DNA of 63,527 bases, the filler included, from Hyphochytrium catenoides (taxonomy: Eukaryota > Protista > Hyphochytriomycota): the NCBI GenBank assembly GCA_900088475.1. It is 4 parts of 4 records of this genome, joined end to end, with 100 filler letters (N's around TTAATTAATTAA, not from the genome) between each part and the next. Parts side by side here need not be neighbours in the genome. Positions count along the whole stretch, not along the records: positions 1 to 13,135 come from FLMG01000876.1; positions 13,236 to 45,152 come from FLMG01004357.1; 2 more parts are not named here. One strand, given 5' to 3'. Positions 12,620-26,331 of this stretch are shown here, one piece after another. The notes beneath the pieces are model-generated. The model saw only the letters and a program-made list of their open reading frames with translations, did not search any database and had not been told where the DNA came from. Every line of letters starts with the position of its first letter. Position 1 is the stretch's first letter. The translations under genes and the position numbers were made by a program.

Positions 12620-13079
12620 CTACATAAAAAGAGAGAGAGAGGGACCAAAGAAAGACGGAGAGAACAACGTGGAAGGAAAAGAGTTGGTGTAAGTTGAGAG
12701 AGAGAGAGAGAAAAAGGCAAATATGGAAGCAGGTCAGTTGGCTCTGTGCTCTTCCATACGTTTTAGCCCTCTCTTTTTGCCTTCCGCACTTACTGCTCTC
12801 CTTCTCTCTCTCTCCGCCTCTACCACAGACAAGGACTTTTACACATTGGGCAAGCTCGATGTCTTTCTCTCCCTTTTCTTTCTCCCACAAGTTTTCCTCT
12901 CTACATCCATCCCCGTGTGTGTGTGTGTGTGTCTCCCTCTCTCTGTTACTGTCCGTCTTGCTCTCTCGCTCTCTCGGACACTTTATGCTGTTCTGTCTCT
13001 CTCTCGAGTCTATCTCTGCTTATCCCTAACCTCTTCACTATAAACTCTGGCTGTCCGGCTCTTTCTCTCTGCTGTCTGG

Positions 13080-13125
<46 letters not shown>

Positions 13126-13135
13126 TCTCTTGCCA

Positions 13136-13235
13136 NNNNNNNNNNNNNNNNNNNNNNNNNNNNNNNNNNNNNNNNNNNNTTAATTAATTAANNNNNNNNN
13201 NNNNNNNNNNNNNNNNNNNNNNNNNNNNNNNNNNN
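13136..13235. other. Artificial scaffold-joining linker
   Basis: Exactly 44 N + TTAATTAATTAA (stops in all six frames) + 44 N, identical to two other linkers in the window. Confidence 0.97.
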
Positions 13236-13786
13236 GAGAGAGAGAGAGAGAGAGACAGAGACAGAAACAGAGAGAGAGAGACAGAGAGAGAGAGAGCGAA
13301 GGAGAGAGAGAGAGAGAGAGCTCGCGAAAGAGAGAGAAAGGCGACAGAGAGAGAGAGAGTGCGGCGAGAAAAAGAGAGAGAGAGTGCGGCGAGAAAGAGG
13401 ACAAGGCAAAGGCCCTTAAGTCACAGCTTGATCCCGATGTGTCATCGAAGGACTTTCAATAGCTGAATGAGCCTTGACCTGAGCATGCCATCAGGAGAAG
13501 CTCTCGTCAAAGGTCACGAACGGAAGAGCCATGAGCAGGATTTTTCACCTCTCCGTGCAGTCTCTCCTTCTCTCGGCCTCTGCTCTTCTCTTCTACCGAC
13601 TGAGCAGGTAGGTCTTCCTCACTGAGGGTGGTCGTGAGGAGTGGTGGCAGCAGCAGCGGAGCTGAGATCGTTGCTGCTCGACAGCTGATGGAATCTGACG
13701 GATGGATTCTTATTGAAGCAGCTGGAGACAGAGGAAGAGAGAAAGAAGAGAGGGCGCGAAAAACGAGGGAGCGACAGCGAGAGAGA

Positions 13787-13826
<40 letters not shown>

Positions 13827-14136
13827 AGAGATAAAAGGGCGAAGGGACAAAACCATAAGGGAAACTCTGTCTATTCTGCTAACAGGTTCGCAAAAGACCC
13901 ACAGCTCTTCACAGCCATAGGGACCTATGGGAATATACCCCTCACACAGAGGTGAGAGCTCACTCACTACCCCTAACCATCTGTCTCGTCGCTCCTCCAC
14001 AAACTACTTGTACAGAAACTAAGAACCTCCAAGAACTGAAAGAACGACAATAAATGGCGGAATCAGAACCATATCATAGAGTATGATAACCATATCTACC
14101 TCTTCTTTGACCACAGCATAATTTACCCGAGGTTTA

Positions 14137-14582
14137 TTATGAGGTCTCTAGCCCGTTTAGAGGTATACCTATTCGCCTTATATTCGGCTTGTCTTTTCTT
14201 CGGACAGTAATTGGGAGTCTATGTACCTGATCATATTCCGCCTTGGGGAGGAGTTTGATGGGATTGGACGTGGCATTAGTTCTTTGTGAAGCGACATACA
14301 GGTAACGGTCCTCTGCTGGCAATCAATATCTCATCCATGTTCTAGGCATATCTATTAAGTGGTCTGTCTTGACATTATCCTCTATTTTGTATGAATGTTT
14401 GTGTAGATTCTTTTGCCTCTGTCTCGAGAGATTACCTTCACTGGCTCGCGTGCTGGCGTCTCAGCCTGGGTCTGTTGGCTGCACTTCCAGATCTTTTCCT
14501 GCGCTTCATCAGCCGTGTCAGCTCTGCGTCTTGCTCTCTTCCAAAGCTCCCTCTCTGCCTCTCCAATGCTCTTCTTGTCCAT
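14137..14582 (-). CDS. Possible small spliced hypothetical gene divergent from the ArfGAP gene
   Basis: ATG at 14582 (MDKKSIGEAERELWKRARRRAD...EPVK|GTAATC), then candidate exons NMDEILIASRGPLP|GTATGT and VHRLPITVRRKDKPNIRRIG. No recognisable domain; 3' end unclear. Confidence 0.2.
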
Positions 14583-14762
14583 AGTACGACCTGACCATCA
14601 AACAAGGAGAGAATAAAGGTTAGGCGGAAGCGCTAGGGAGCCGTAGTCACAGACCTTTGAATAGCGAAGGAGTGGAGGAGTTACCATAAAAATACAACGA
14701 TCTAGATCCTCTGAAGAACTTCTCTGCACGACACCGCTGAAGGTAGAGCGGAACGAGGGGAT

Positions 14763-17700
14763 ATGACTGAAGTGGAGAGCGTGGATGAATTGAAGCGCAA
14801 GCTACGTCAGCGCGAGGATCATATCATTGCGTTAGAGACAAAGCTCAAGGCGTATGAAGAGGTTATCCAGGCGGTGCAGCAGAAGGACAATGGTACCTCG
14901 ATTTTGCTAATTCTATCTTTTCTTCGGTATGCACCAACGTTCCCACTATGGCGCTGGACGTCTGTCAATCGTTTTGGCCTACCTCTTGAGCCTTCAGTCC
15001 ATCTGCTGCTCGCCCTTCGGCATAGCCACAATAACCCATTTGATCTTGTTGATTTCACGGTTTGGCCTTCTCTGGTCCTTAGTCTCAGGTGGCAGGTCCT
15101 AACTCCTCCCCTCATTTCAAATCATAGAGGCAGCGGGAATGGAAGATGACCTTGGTAACTACTCCCCTCCTAGGACCAAGAGTAAGAACTTCTAATAACA
15201 AGGACCATGCCGAGCTTTTCCGTTTTCCCTGGACCTTCCCGTCCTCTTCCTTTTCTTGACACTTTGCATAACCTCTATTGAACTGGGGAAGTTTGTTCTC
15301 GTTATCATTTTGTGTCGGAATCTTTGGCCTGTCTATATATATATAGCTTGCTAGGGATGCCGTACAGGTGCAAGCTGTCTCTGCTTTCCTCTCGCCTTCT
15401 CTCTAATGCCCGTCTCTCATGCTGGCACCCATTGATGACCCTGTCTCACCTCCATTCACCCATTGTCTCCTATTCCCTAAAAGGCTCTAACCCGAACTGC
15501 CTCTGTGTCTCTCTTGGTTATATTTTACGGAATATTTGCCAATCAATCAGGTGGAAGGCTAACAGAAGGACTTGATGCCGCTTTTCAACGCTATGAAGAG
15601 AGAATGGGCGAAAACGTGACCTTGGATTTCACAGACGGTAAGAACATAGAGCAAGCCACGTAAGGAGGAAATGTGACATCAACCTTCTCACTTCGTGACC
15701 TCCTGATTCCGTTCGCTCTACATAGACTCTCCTATGTTCCGGCGGCAGCTGGAGGGCTTGGAAGATTCCCTCTCATCTCTAAAACTCTTCCTGACTAGCG
15801 TGCTCACAGCCGTGAACGACTTCGTCAAGGTAGAGAATGGTCCTTGGAAAATCAAAAAAGAGAGAGAGAGTTCGCCCTTTACACATTAGGTGGCAGTCCC
15901 TTCTTCTGTTCTTCTCGGTAACCGAGTTCACTCCTGCACCCATGGTAGCCTTCAGTTACGTGAAATCTCGATGTCTTGAGGCATCAAAAGTGTATCACTT
16001 TTCTCATGTCCTTCCCTAGTCCTAAGGAACTCGACAGAACCTTTCCTGGCCGTCACTTCCCAATTTTTAACGTATCTCCTTTTCTTAGGCTGGGAAGAAG
16101 TTCTCTTCTTCTCTTTTCCAACTAGGCGCTGAGCTGACGAGTCGTAAGCACTGCCGGTCTCTGTACTCCTCCTCCTATCGTTTGCTCGGAGAGCTCTCAG
16201 ACACATTGCAGCTTCTAGGCGATTTCTCCATACATCTTGGACACATGGGAGAAGCCCTCAGTGCTGACATTGAAACAGTCTTTGCGGCGCCCTTACAGAA
16301 CTTCACGGATAAGGTGAGACACCCTAAGGCTTCCGAAGAGGTACAAGGTAGCGAAAGGAGTAAAAAGAAAAGTGGCAGTCTGCAGTTAATGACCTCGAAG
16401 TCGTGGCTGACATTAGACGAGCATACCATCACGAAGCGTGAATGTCTCATAACACACGTGAACATAGAGAGAGCCAGCGGCCGACTGAAGGCATTGCTAG
16501 ATTTAAGCACTACCAAGCTCCTTTTGCTTTTGTGGCGCCAATCTGACGTTCTAGCCTCCGACACCTCGTAGCTTTACTGACCACTCAACCAATTTCTTGG
16601 TGCATCTAACTACAACGGGATAGGAGCTTGTGGACATCTCTGAGCTTAGGAAGCGGCTGGAGTCTCTCGGCGATGACTACGAGCAAGCTCTATCAAGGCA
16701 ATAGCTGCTTTTTTATGCTATCATGATAACCGTGCTAAGTTGTCCTTGTGGGACTCTATGGGTTCCTTGCCACTTGTTATCCATGCCTTTTTTCTAACTG
16801 CCTCATAAACTTATATTTTAGGTCGCTCCTCAGAAAGAATCGGACGCCCAAAAGTGATCAAAGCATTTCGTCTCTCTCTCAAGAGGAAAGGAAACGATCT
16901 TCTAGCACTCCTATGGAGCCTCCGAAAAGGAAGTCCTCCCCCTCGCGTTCCTCCTTTTTCAAGTTTCGAGACTCTCCTTCGGAGCAGCTTACAGAGGCGC
17001 GAAGAAAGTTTGAGTTGGCCCGGTTTGACCTGGTGTGCTACCTAAACCAGGTAAAAGCTACCTTTCTTGCCCACATACCCTTTCTCTCTACTCTCTTTAT
17101 CACTTACGTTCTTTTTGGCCCTTCGACTGGCCATTACTGTTGCTCTTCCTTATTGATGCCGCCTTGTCTGCTAATGTCCGGGTCACAGATAGATGCAAAG
17201 AAGAAGTTCTGCCTCGTCGACTGTGTGAACTCTGGCCTGGTAAGGTTCCCTTTTGCCTGAAGAATTATCGTCATCAGTATAACAAGACTGTTCAACACTA
17301 TTTTAGTCCTTGATCTGTTGGTCTAAACTTGGCGCTTTTACCCTTCGCTTTGGGCTAATATGCACCCGCCAGCCGGTTCTTCTGGGCTCCAGTCCTACTC
17401 TCCTCTGTGCTCTGTCTTCATACTCTATGTCCTATCCTCCTCGGGTAGAGATCTAACCGCTTTGCCAGTTCTCTTTCCTTTCCTACTATCGCAACTGTTT
17501 TGAGAAAATTCAATCTCTTCAAAGCCCTCTAGTCCAGAAGCACGCCCTGTTAGCGAAGGCCAAGACTTCGTATGAGAAAGAAGAGAGAATGTGGAAGAGG
17601 AAGAGGGAGACGTTAGAGCTTGTTCTGTCGAGTGATGAGGAGGAGATACAGACTTTCACGGTAAGCTGGAGGTCTTTCTGAAAGGAGAGAAAGCAAATGT

Positions 17701-20700
17701 CTCTACATAAAGTTTGCTGTCTTTTCTTTCGCCCGTCTGCCTTGACTGCTCATTACAGTTGTCATCCCCTGTCATTGCCCTTCTGACAACTCTTACCGGT
17801 ATTGTTTGGAGCTATTCATTAATCCAATTTCCTAGGTCCGGAGCCTCAACTCACTACAGATGATATCTCTCATTCATATTCCGATGCTCAAGAGCACACT
17901 CATCTGCTGCCGCGTTGACCTCTTTGACTTGTCTCACATGGAAGGTATTCTTTCATTTCTCTCCTCAGGTGCCTGTAGAAGTCCTCTCTAAGTCGACGCT
18001 TCTTCTGCGGCGGGCTGAAGCCTTGGAAGCCACTTACCGCCGTAGTGGGTATCTTTACCTTAAACAGCAGCATCAGCTCTTCCAGCAACAATGGAAGAGG
18101 ATATGGGTCACTGTGCATAATGGGTAAGAAAAACTATCCTCCCCAAGAAACCCTTCGTCCTCCTATTTTTACTTAGTCTCTCGCTTGTACTCTCCAAAGC
18201 TTGCTCTGGGTCATCTCCGTCCTCTTCACTGTGTGTGTCTCCTGACACGCCTAACTCTCTAAAGAAGTGACCGGCGTGCTGATGCCTACATCATAATAAC
18301 CTTTTGCTTCTGCTCGCTACGTCTCGATCGGCAGCAAGCTGTATCACATCAAGTCGGCAAAAGACCTGGATCCGGTTCTGTTATGTGATCTGATGCTCTG
18401 TAACGGTAGGAGCTTAAGGGACTCTTGACAACTGGACGGTGCTATTAGCGAAAATCCTCACAAGCCCCTCTATTTCTTTGCTCTTGTTCTGGCCACTGCA
18501 ATAGTTCGCGAGCTTCAGCAGGAGTTACCCTACTGCTTTGAGATCGTTGACAACAATAGTTCACGGGTAAGAGTACTATGAGGCGATTTAGAAGAGAGAA
18601 GACTAAAGCCGGGAACACGTCCTCTTAGAGGGGAAGTGCAGAGACTGTATGATGATCTTTTTAGTACTTTGCACGTCGCGCTGGGCTATTGAGGGATAAA
18701 AGAAAGGTCAGGAAAGTGGGGGTAGGCCAGCCAATGGTTGCGCTAGAGAGACTGAGGCAGGAGAGCTTTTTCCTTATGACTTATAGCTTCTTCTATTGAT
18801 TCTTCGACGTATTCAGTTTGTCTTCCAAGCTGCTTCCCAGTACGAAATGTCAAGCTGGGTTTCCTGTCTACAGCAAGTGATAGAGCTCATGATAGGAGGA
18901 CATGGAGAGTCCGAGACGCTCAACTTTGTAAGGAAATGGCAAGCTTTGTCTGTATATCTGCGTGCTGTGTTCAGACACACTCGTACTATCTAATTCCTGG
19001 TGCTGTTGAAGGCAAAGTATTCATCATCCCTAATGTCGCCACCACCATTACCCTGCCTCTCGTGCTTCAATGTCTTGCCTTAAGCTGTTTCTTTGTGGGT
19101 CACTCTTCTGATAAGCTTCCAGTTGGTTCACCTGGCGCTCCTTTAAGCAGATCCTCAAGTCTTTCACTCTCTTTCTCCCCTCAGGAGCGGGGCCTGGTTG
19201 CTGGCATTATGTCTAAGAGCCCTTCATGTGCCGACTGTGGTACTTCTCCCTCTGAATGGGTGAGCATCAACCTTGGGCTGACGCTCTGCATAGAGTGTAG
19301 TGGCATCCACAGAGGATTTGGAGTACACGTCTCAAAGGTGACAGAGTAGTACCCGCTCAAATCTAGAAAAGGTTAACCTTTAACCTCGCTCTAGACTCGC
19401 TCGTTCTGCGACTCCTGAAGCTACTCTATCTCTTTTCGTCCTCGCAGAGTTTGTCGGTCGCCTCATTCTACATCAACTTCCCCATGTCTCTGTCTGAAGC
19501 TTGTCTCACTGTAAAGGGGGACGAGTGTCTAACCTTTCTGATATGTATGTGCTCTCTTTCAAACTTTTGCGGCCGCTAGGTCCGATCGCTTAAGCTTGAC
19601 AGGGTAAGTATGTCTTCCTCTTTCCCCGAGGACCTCATGCCAATAAGTGAAGGATATAGAGATAAGGGCGAGAGACACAGAGGATAAGCAGGGGGAGCGG
19701 GGCTTGCAAGAGGAGTTCTAGTAGCCTGACCTTGGTGCTGTCCCCTTTTCAACAGATGGAAATATCTACGCTACGGCTCCTGCAGAGCTTAGGCAACGAG
19801 CTAGTAAATGGACTGCTCCTTTCGCACATACCCGACGACTTAATAGAGAAACGCCCTTCCCCCACGTCAGGTGTGTGAGAGCGCCTGTCATGGCTTCGAT
19901 GTGGCAGAATTGGGCTTTGTTTGGCATGGTTTTTCCTTATGACGCTCACTTTTCTGGTGCCCATATATATTTTGGATTACGATCTAGCTCTACCTTGACC
20001 CTCGTATTTTTCTCTCTCATGGCCTGACGCATTGCATAGCGTCTTTCTTCCAGGCAAACCCCCTCCGACATCTCCGCTCTCGTTTAACCTGTCTTTTGAC
20101 CTCTCACTTGGCTTCATTGTCTAGACCGAAGCTTAAGGGAGGAATGGGCCAATCTTAAGTATGTGGAGCGGCGCTTCATATCTCCGACGACTATTACTGA
20201 AGAAGAGCTAAAGGATCGTTTTCTAGAGGCAGCACAGCACGGAGACCTCTCGGAGCTGGTAAAGTGTTTCCTAAAGCATAGCCTCTTCCCGGCAGCTCTC
20301 GCCACACATCCTTTACATCTTCGTGAAAGCAAGCTCTGAGTCTCTAATCGTCGTCGTTTGCTCTCGCATTGCCCGCTCTGTCCCTCTTCTCCTGATATGA
20401 TTGCGGCGATCCTGGGCATTTTTTCACTTATTCTGAAATGCAGCTGTGGTGCATTCTCCACAACGTTAAGGTGGATGCTGCTGATAGTCTGGGAAACTCT
20501 GCGCTGCATAAATGTGTTGAGAATGCCTATGTAGAGGTGCGTATGCAACCAAACCATCTCTGCCTCCTCGTTCTCCTACTACCACCTCCTTTTCGGATAA
20601 GTCCTTCAATACTACTATGCTTGCACTATTACCTGAACACCTTTACTAGAGTAAATCGTGTCCCAGCAGTGCTTTCTTCTTTGTCAAAAGGCATTCTCTT

Positions 20701-21079
20701 TCTATAGATGGCCTCGCTTCAATTCCCTCGCTTGTCGTCTTCTCCTTGTATACCGCTCTCTCTCTCTCTGGCCGACTGGTTGGTTCTCGTCCTATCTTTC
20801 TCTCCTCTGTCTCCGTGTCTCTCCCATTCTCTCTCTCTCTCTCTCTCTTGTCTCTCTTACGTCCTTGTAGAGTATAGCTTTGATTTGTGATATCTACCAC
20901 CTTACGTCAGTTCTCTCCACATTCTCTTACCTGGCTACCGCTTCTAGTGTTGCGAGCTCCTGATCCAGCACGGTGCTTCCCTCTTACAAGCAAATCAGGA
21001 AGGGTTGACGCCGGTTGCTCTGGCAGAAGAGCTCAAGCTTCCACAGTTGATTGAAATGATGACGATCAGAATGCTATAA
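14763..21079 (+). CDS. ACAP/AGD-type ArfGAP with BAR-PH-ArfGAP-ankyrin domains, about 19 exons
   Basis: BAR: [29 protein letters not shown]: [38 protein letters not shown]. ArfGAP Zn finger: [39 protein letters not shown] (24-nt micro-exon 19580-19603). ANK: [24 protein letters not shown]. Stop at 21077-21079. Confidence 0.92.
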
Positions 21080-21625
21080 GAACCTCGTCTAAACAAGCAA
21101 CGAGCTGTCCAAAGAGGACAGCAGGGACTCACCTTGCTGTGAGAGAAAGAGAGATGATTGAAGGTGACATGTGAACTGTATACTGACTGGTTTGAGAACT
21201 GGTTGACCGGCCGGAAGTACTATACCGCTAAGCTTGTCATATTTAACGTGTCGCAACGTCAATGTGCAGCAGAAAGGCCCGTTTACTGAGGAGAATGTCT
21301 CCCTCCTCTGTGCTCGACCTTACACACACGCTTCAGTTTGTTCTCTATCAACCAGCGCTAGCAAGTGCACACATAACTTTGTCCAAAAAGACTTCGTTGA
21401 CCCTTCACATCGGGGTCGTACACACTCCTATAACTCCTTTATGAATTCTCTTCGAGCGCCACATCCTTTTGTCTGAAAGGGCTTTTCCCCATCGCCTTCC
21501 TCCCTCATCCCGTGGACAGTAGTCTTTATATCTTTGTTCTTATCACTTCAATCAATTTTTAGACAAATGTAAGAGGGGATGAGGAGGGCCAGACAACTGA
21601 GAGGTGAAGAGGTGGATGTATAATG

Positions 21626-23543
21626 TTAATTTGGGCCGGCATCCTTGTCCTTCACTTTCTCTCTTTCAATCTTCTTGCCGTCCTTATCCAGTTGCAATAT
21701 GGCTTGGGGCAGAGGATGGTATTGCTCCTGAGACAGCCAAGGCCGTCCTCCCCTAGCTTTTGCGAACTTTTCCTTGTCACTTTCGGCTGGAAGTGACTCT
21801 GACATTTGCTCTCCCGTGTTCATATCGTTAAGTCCTAATTCATCATTCTCCTCGAAGGACCGGGTGTACCTCTCTACGGTCAGCTTTGGATCCTCTTTGG
21901 GTGCGTAGGGATTGTAAATGAAGCTGTTGGCCAGCGGATCCGTTATCCGAAGGGTGAATGGAACTGTGCCACTCTTGAGCTCGCCTAATCGAGTTAGGAA
22001 GTCCTCTAGCTTTGCCTTGTACGATCCTTCGGCACTATCTCCATGAGCAAAAGGATTGCCCTGCTCTATATTCTCAATCATTTTCTCTATGAGGCCTTCG
22101 ACGGTGGTATAAATTCCTCCAAGCGAGCCTCTGGCCATCTCAAACTCCAGTTCTGGAATCTCCAAGCCAGCGGAATCAGACTTTAGCACGTCTCTGGCGA
22201 CGTCTTCAGGGTCATCGCCTGAGATTCTGAGGGTTGTGGTCTCTCCATAGGACGGGATAGCACCACCGCCCTTTACTTCATTGCTCCTAAAACCACATTG
22301 TTGACAGTCATATGACATGATCAACACCTCCTTGAAGTGCGGGATGTCTGTCATGCACATCAACATCTCTCCGGGAACTTGACAATTAGGACATCTCTCT
22401 GCAAACCGAAGAACTTCTTTATGTGCAAAGTTCTTTTCCTCTTCGTCTTCATCCCCTTTAACAGCCTGGTCGACGTACTTATCCAGCCCTTCATTGCGTG
22501 CTGGAAGCTTCCTAGGCGCTGTGCCTAACTCGTGCTCCTCTTTCTTCTCTGGTTGAAGGCCTACCGCTAGGTCCTGAGCTTCCGACCTGAAATAACTCTC
22601 TACCTGCAGATTGGGGTCCGTCTTCGGCGCCAGAGGATTCTCTATAAATGAGTTGCCTGCAGGGTCATCTAAAACCACTGTAAAAGGCAGCTTGAGACCT
22701 GAAGACGGGAAGGCAAGTGGAATGGATAGCGCCATGGGACATTAGCAAGCGGGAGGAGAGGTAGAAAGGAGAGAGAAGCTACGAGACGATAGATGCCGCT
22801 AGTGGCGGGTGGCGAATGCGCTGTTGAAGCTCAGCCCCTCACTCCGTGAACTTTTAGGGACCCACAGCAGTAGGTGGCGCTAGATAATGGATCTGTTACC
22901 TGTGGCGTACATAGTAAGGTCTGCTATGATGTCGTCAACTTTGGCTGCCAGTGCTGGGTCAGCTAGTCGCCGCTGTTCCTGCAACTCCATCAGGTCCTTA
23001 GAAGCCTTGGAAAGGAAGCCTTCTATAGTATTCACAGTCCCGGATTGAGTATTCGCAGGAATCTCAAAGTCCAGCTCAGGAAGGGTCATCGTGGCCGTGT
23101 CTGCCTTGATAATTTGCCGGTTGAGATCGGTGGTTTGTGTGGCCTTCAGCGTGTGTTTGCAGCCTTTCTCCTGAATCTCACCGCCAAATTGAACCTGCAA
23201 GGGCCCATTTCAGATGATCAGAAGCCTAGAAGTGACAGAAGTATCGGTCAATCCTCTTAAAATCTACCTCATTGTTATGGAATCCGCAGTAGTCGCAGTC
23301 GAAGGACATCAGGATGATCTCCCGGAAAAATGGGATCTTAGCCAACATGAGCCGGGTCGTGCCTTGTTCCTCGCAGTTCATGCATAAACTCTTCAGTTCC
23401 GTAACCCCGGTCTCCGCGTTAGTCCTAACACCTACATCCTCTGCCTCTTCGTTCTCTTCGTCTGCTGTCTGTTGTGACTCAGCGACATGGCCCACTGCCT
23501 CCCGCAGATCTTGGTACTCAATATCACTGGATGATTTTGTCAT
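21626..23543 (-). CDS. ZPR1: Zinc finger protein ZPR1. Exons 23543-23268, 23194-22900, 22698-21626
   Basis: Two ZnF-A modules: [57 protein letters not shown], and [50 protein letters not shown]. Confidence 0.95.
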
Positions 23544-25314
23544 ATTCCACTCCGACCGAGGGCCACTCTCCCCACGCTATCCTTACTCAACAATTAGGCA
23601 CTAGTCAGTTGCCTACAATGAAAATCTTATCCTAACTATCCGCTGCTTCAGATCGAACACCTTCTATCAACTAAGGCCATGCACGTCTCCACAATAGAGC
23701 TCTGTAGCTCTGCTAAGCAGTACTTGTTGTCTGCCGATAACGGAGCTCAAGCTCCGACCGGGAGCTCTGACCACCAACAGGAAACATCAGAATCACAGCC
23801 GCAGAGACCAAAGACCAAGATCAAGAACTCCAAGAATCGAATCTCAAGATCTTCATCAGTTACTAAGCCTTCCAATCTATCCGGTAATCATAATCTTAAG
23901 TTCCTCAACATAATCGTACGAGTAGGTGTCCAGTGTCCAACTCATAATCGGCATTCACGAAAGTAAAGTGGAATATGATCCGAACCTAAGGAGTACAGGA
24001 TTTTCTTGACCTTCTCTCCAGGTGGATTTAGGACCTCAAGCCTAATACAAACGAGAAGTGGCCGTCTGATACGAAGGTAAGGGAACGCCCCTCAAGATGT
24101 CAGGAATTTTCTTGGACAGGGATGCCATGCTGTGTTTGGCATCCTAGAAGGTTTAATTGGGCCGTTCGTCGGAATTCTGAAAGCGGTGTGTTTGCAGCCA
24201 GGATGGCGGAAAATTCTAGCCATGCGAACATACACATGGCCAGGTTGAAGATTGGCGGCAAAGTAATAATGACCCAGCGCCATACATATAGCCCCAGCCT
24301 TCCTCTTACTACGCCTGGATATGGATTAAACTGACACAGAAACAGGTTCACGTTTCTCTTCTAAGAGCTTTCTAGAAGCAGTAGTAATACGCCCCAAATA
24401 GGCTTTAAAGGGTTCTAATTCTCGTATTATCCTCGGTCCATTCTTATGTCAGAATCGGCTCCAAGGCGTTTTGGAATGAGGCGATTTTCCCCGCTCTAAT
24501 ACTATGAGCTTTATTTATACACCATAGATAATGTTAGCAGCCCCATCCCCATTGTGTTTTTTATAGGATGTTCCGCCGATGGAAAAGTATCTGGAAAATG
24601 GGCGCCGATGGTTTTCTCTCTCCCGCGCGGGTGCTGCACGATCTCCGGCTCACAGAGCTCCACTTTTGCTTTTCACATCCGCTGCGAGGGATTATGGTCA
24701 ACCCTGGTTAGCTTTCACGCAGCTCACGGCTGGCGCAGGGTCTCCATCTACAGACTCGTTGCGGCAGGTTCTAAGGGTTAGCTACACCCGAGCGCTCAAG
24801 TGTCGGTATCCTACATTGTCAGACAAGGCGAATTTGGGCATAACCGGAGACGCCAGCGAGAAGGCTGACTGGGTTAGAAGCTAAAGGTGTTGATAGAGAA
24901 CTGGGCCAATCTTGAGGGCAAACATTTGCTGCATTGCCCTTCTGGGTACTGAGTCAGCTCGGCCGGTCATCTGAGCCTAAGTGTTGACTGCCGCTAGACA
25001 TCTCCTCGACGAAAGGCGACACGAAGGTGGCTGCTTATCCGTACAGTACCCGTACGCATTTTTCCACTCATAGAGCCACTCAAAAGGGTTCTGAAACGCG
25101 GTATTCGGGAAGCGTACTCGGCAGAGTCACGGGGAAAGGGAAGGATGTCCCGCTAAGGATCATATGAGCGAGGAGATCGCAATCTACCCCTCCCGTCTCA
25201 ACCCTAAAAGGGTGTGGACTCTTTGGTTGGGGAGATACCGGGGCAAAAGTCAATTTGGGTCTCGCAAGGAGGGAATATTGGTGGATAGAGTTAAACCTTA
25301 CTGGTCCAGGGATC

Positions 25315-26331
25315 ATGGCGCAGCTTGCGAAGAATATAGAGGACGCAACTAAGAGGTACAAGCGATGGTTCGACAGGATCTCGCCAACCTCAAGGAAGAT
25401 ATTGCGCAAGAAGAGCTGTCTCCCACATCCTCTCCCAGAGCTTTACGTGAAAGATGCTTCGACTATACACTTGAAGCGGCAGCCATTTTTTGGGCTTCTT
25501 TCTGGAGAGCTTTTGAAGCTTGCTCAACACGGGCTTGACAGAGGGTGTCAGCCAAAGGCCTGCCCAGATGGAACCGGTGGCGTTTATTTTCTCAGAGGAA
25601 AGGAGGGCGAATTTATTGCGGTCTTCAAGCCTCGTGATGAGGAGATCATGTGTCCGAACAATCCGAAGGGCTATCGGCTGGAGAATGGCGTCATTGGAGT
25701 GACAGAGAATCCTCAGCACTCCGGCTTCTTACTTGGGGATGGGGCTAGAAGGGAACATGCTGCGTATCTTCTGGATGCTTCCTATGGTGGCTTCCACAGA
25801 GTACCCCAGACCACACAAGCCTACCTCCAGGTAGAAGCGGGAGGTCCTTTCAAGGAGGGATCGCTGCAGGCATTTGTCCAATCCTCCATTTCTGCAGAAG
25901 ACATTGGCAGCGGACTCTTTGTCACTGATGATATCCAGCGAATTGGGCTCTTGGATATCAGGCTTTGCAATACTGACCGGCATGCGGCCAACATTCTTCT
26001 CGTGGAAACTGACAAGAACAAGCAGGAACGACAAGGCAAGTACTCCATGATACCAGTAGACCATGGCCTCTGTCTCCCTCGCTGGCAACACTTAGAGGCT
26101 ATCCGGTTTGAATGGCTTAACTGGAAACAGTCCAAAGAGCCATTTCAAAAGCAACACTTGGAGTTCATCGACGCATTGGACTTGGCCAAGGATGCAAAGA
26201 CTTTGCGGATGTTGCACTTTGATGAGGACGCAATCACTACCATGAAGCTGGGCACTTTGCTTCTGAAGCGATGTGCTAGAGAAGGAATGACGCTATATGA
26301 CATCGGAAGCCTTATGCAAAGGGAAGGAGAC
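25315..26331 (+). CDS. Phosphatidylinositol 4-kinase type II (plant PI4K-gamma-like), 3'-truncated at an NN gap; true start uncertain
   Basis: Motifs DGTGGVYFL, AVFKPRDEE, GDGARREHAAYLLD, GSLQAFV, IGLLDIRLCNTDRHAANIL, IPVDHGLCLP, FEWLNWKQSKEPF, GMTLYDIG. Family-like sequence stops at NN 26332-26333. Confidence 0.9.

Larger units (their letters stand above)
1..13135. repeat. Scaffold saturated with (GA)n/(CT)n microsatellite and derived purine/pyrimidine tracts (introns and intergenic DNA)
   Basis: Directly visible long AG/CT dinucleotide runs. Nearly all internal N-gaps are flanked by these runs, consistent with assembly breaks in microsatellites. Confidence 0.95.

Noticed and set aside
13180-13191. 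TTAATTAATTAA palindrome recurring three times
   Set aside because: Always centred in exactly 44+44 Ns, so it is an artificial all-frame-stop spacer and not biology.
320-13409. Dozens of long S/L-rich or R/E-rich ORFs in the six-frame track
   Set aside because: They are translations of (CT)n/(GA)n microsatellite, which lacks stop codons. Many run through N gaps or introns of TBCC and MYB.
17945-17968. Apparent 24-nt GT-AG mini-intron in the ArfGAP gene
   Set aside because: It is too short and upstream phases do not fit. A single phase-0 intron 17661-17968 explains the frame.
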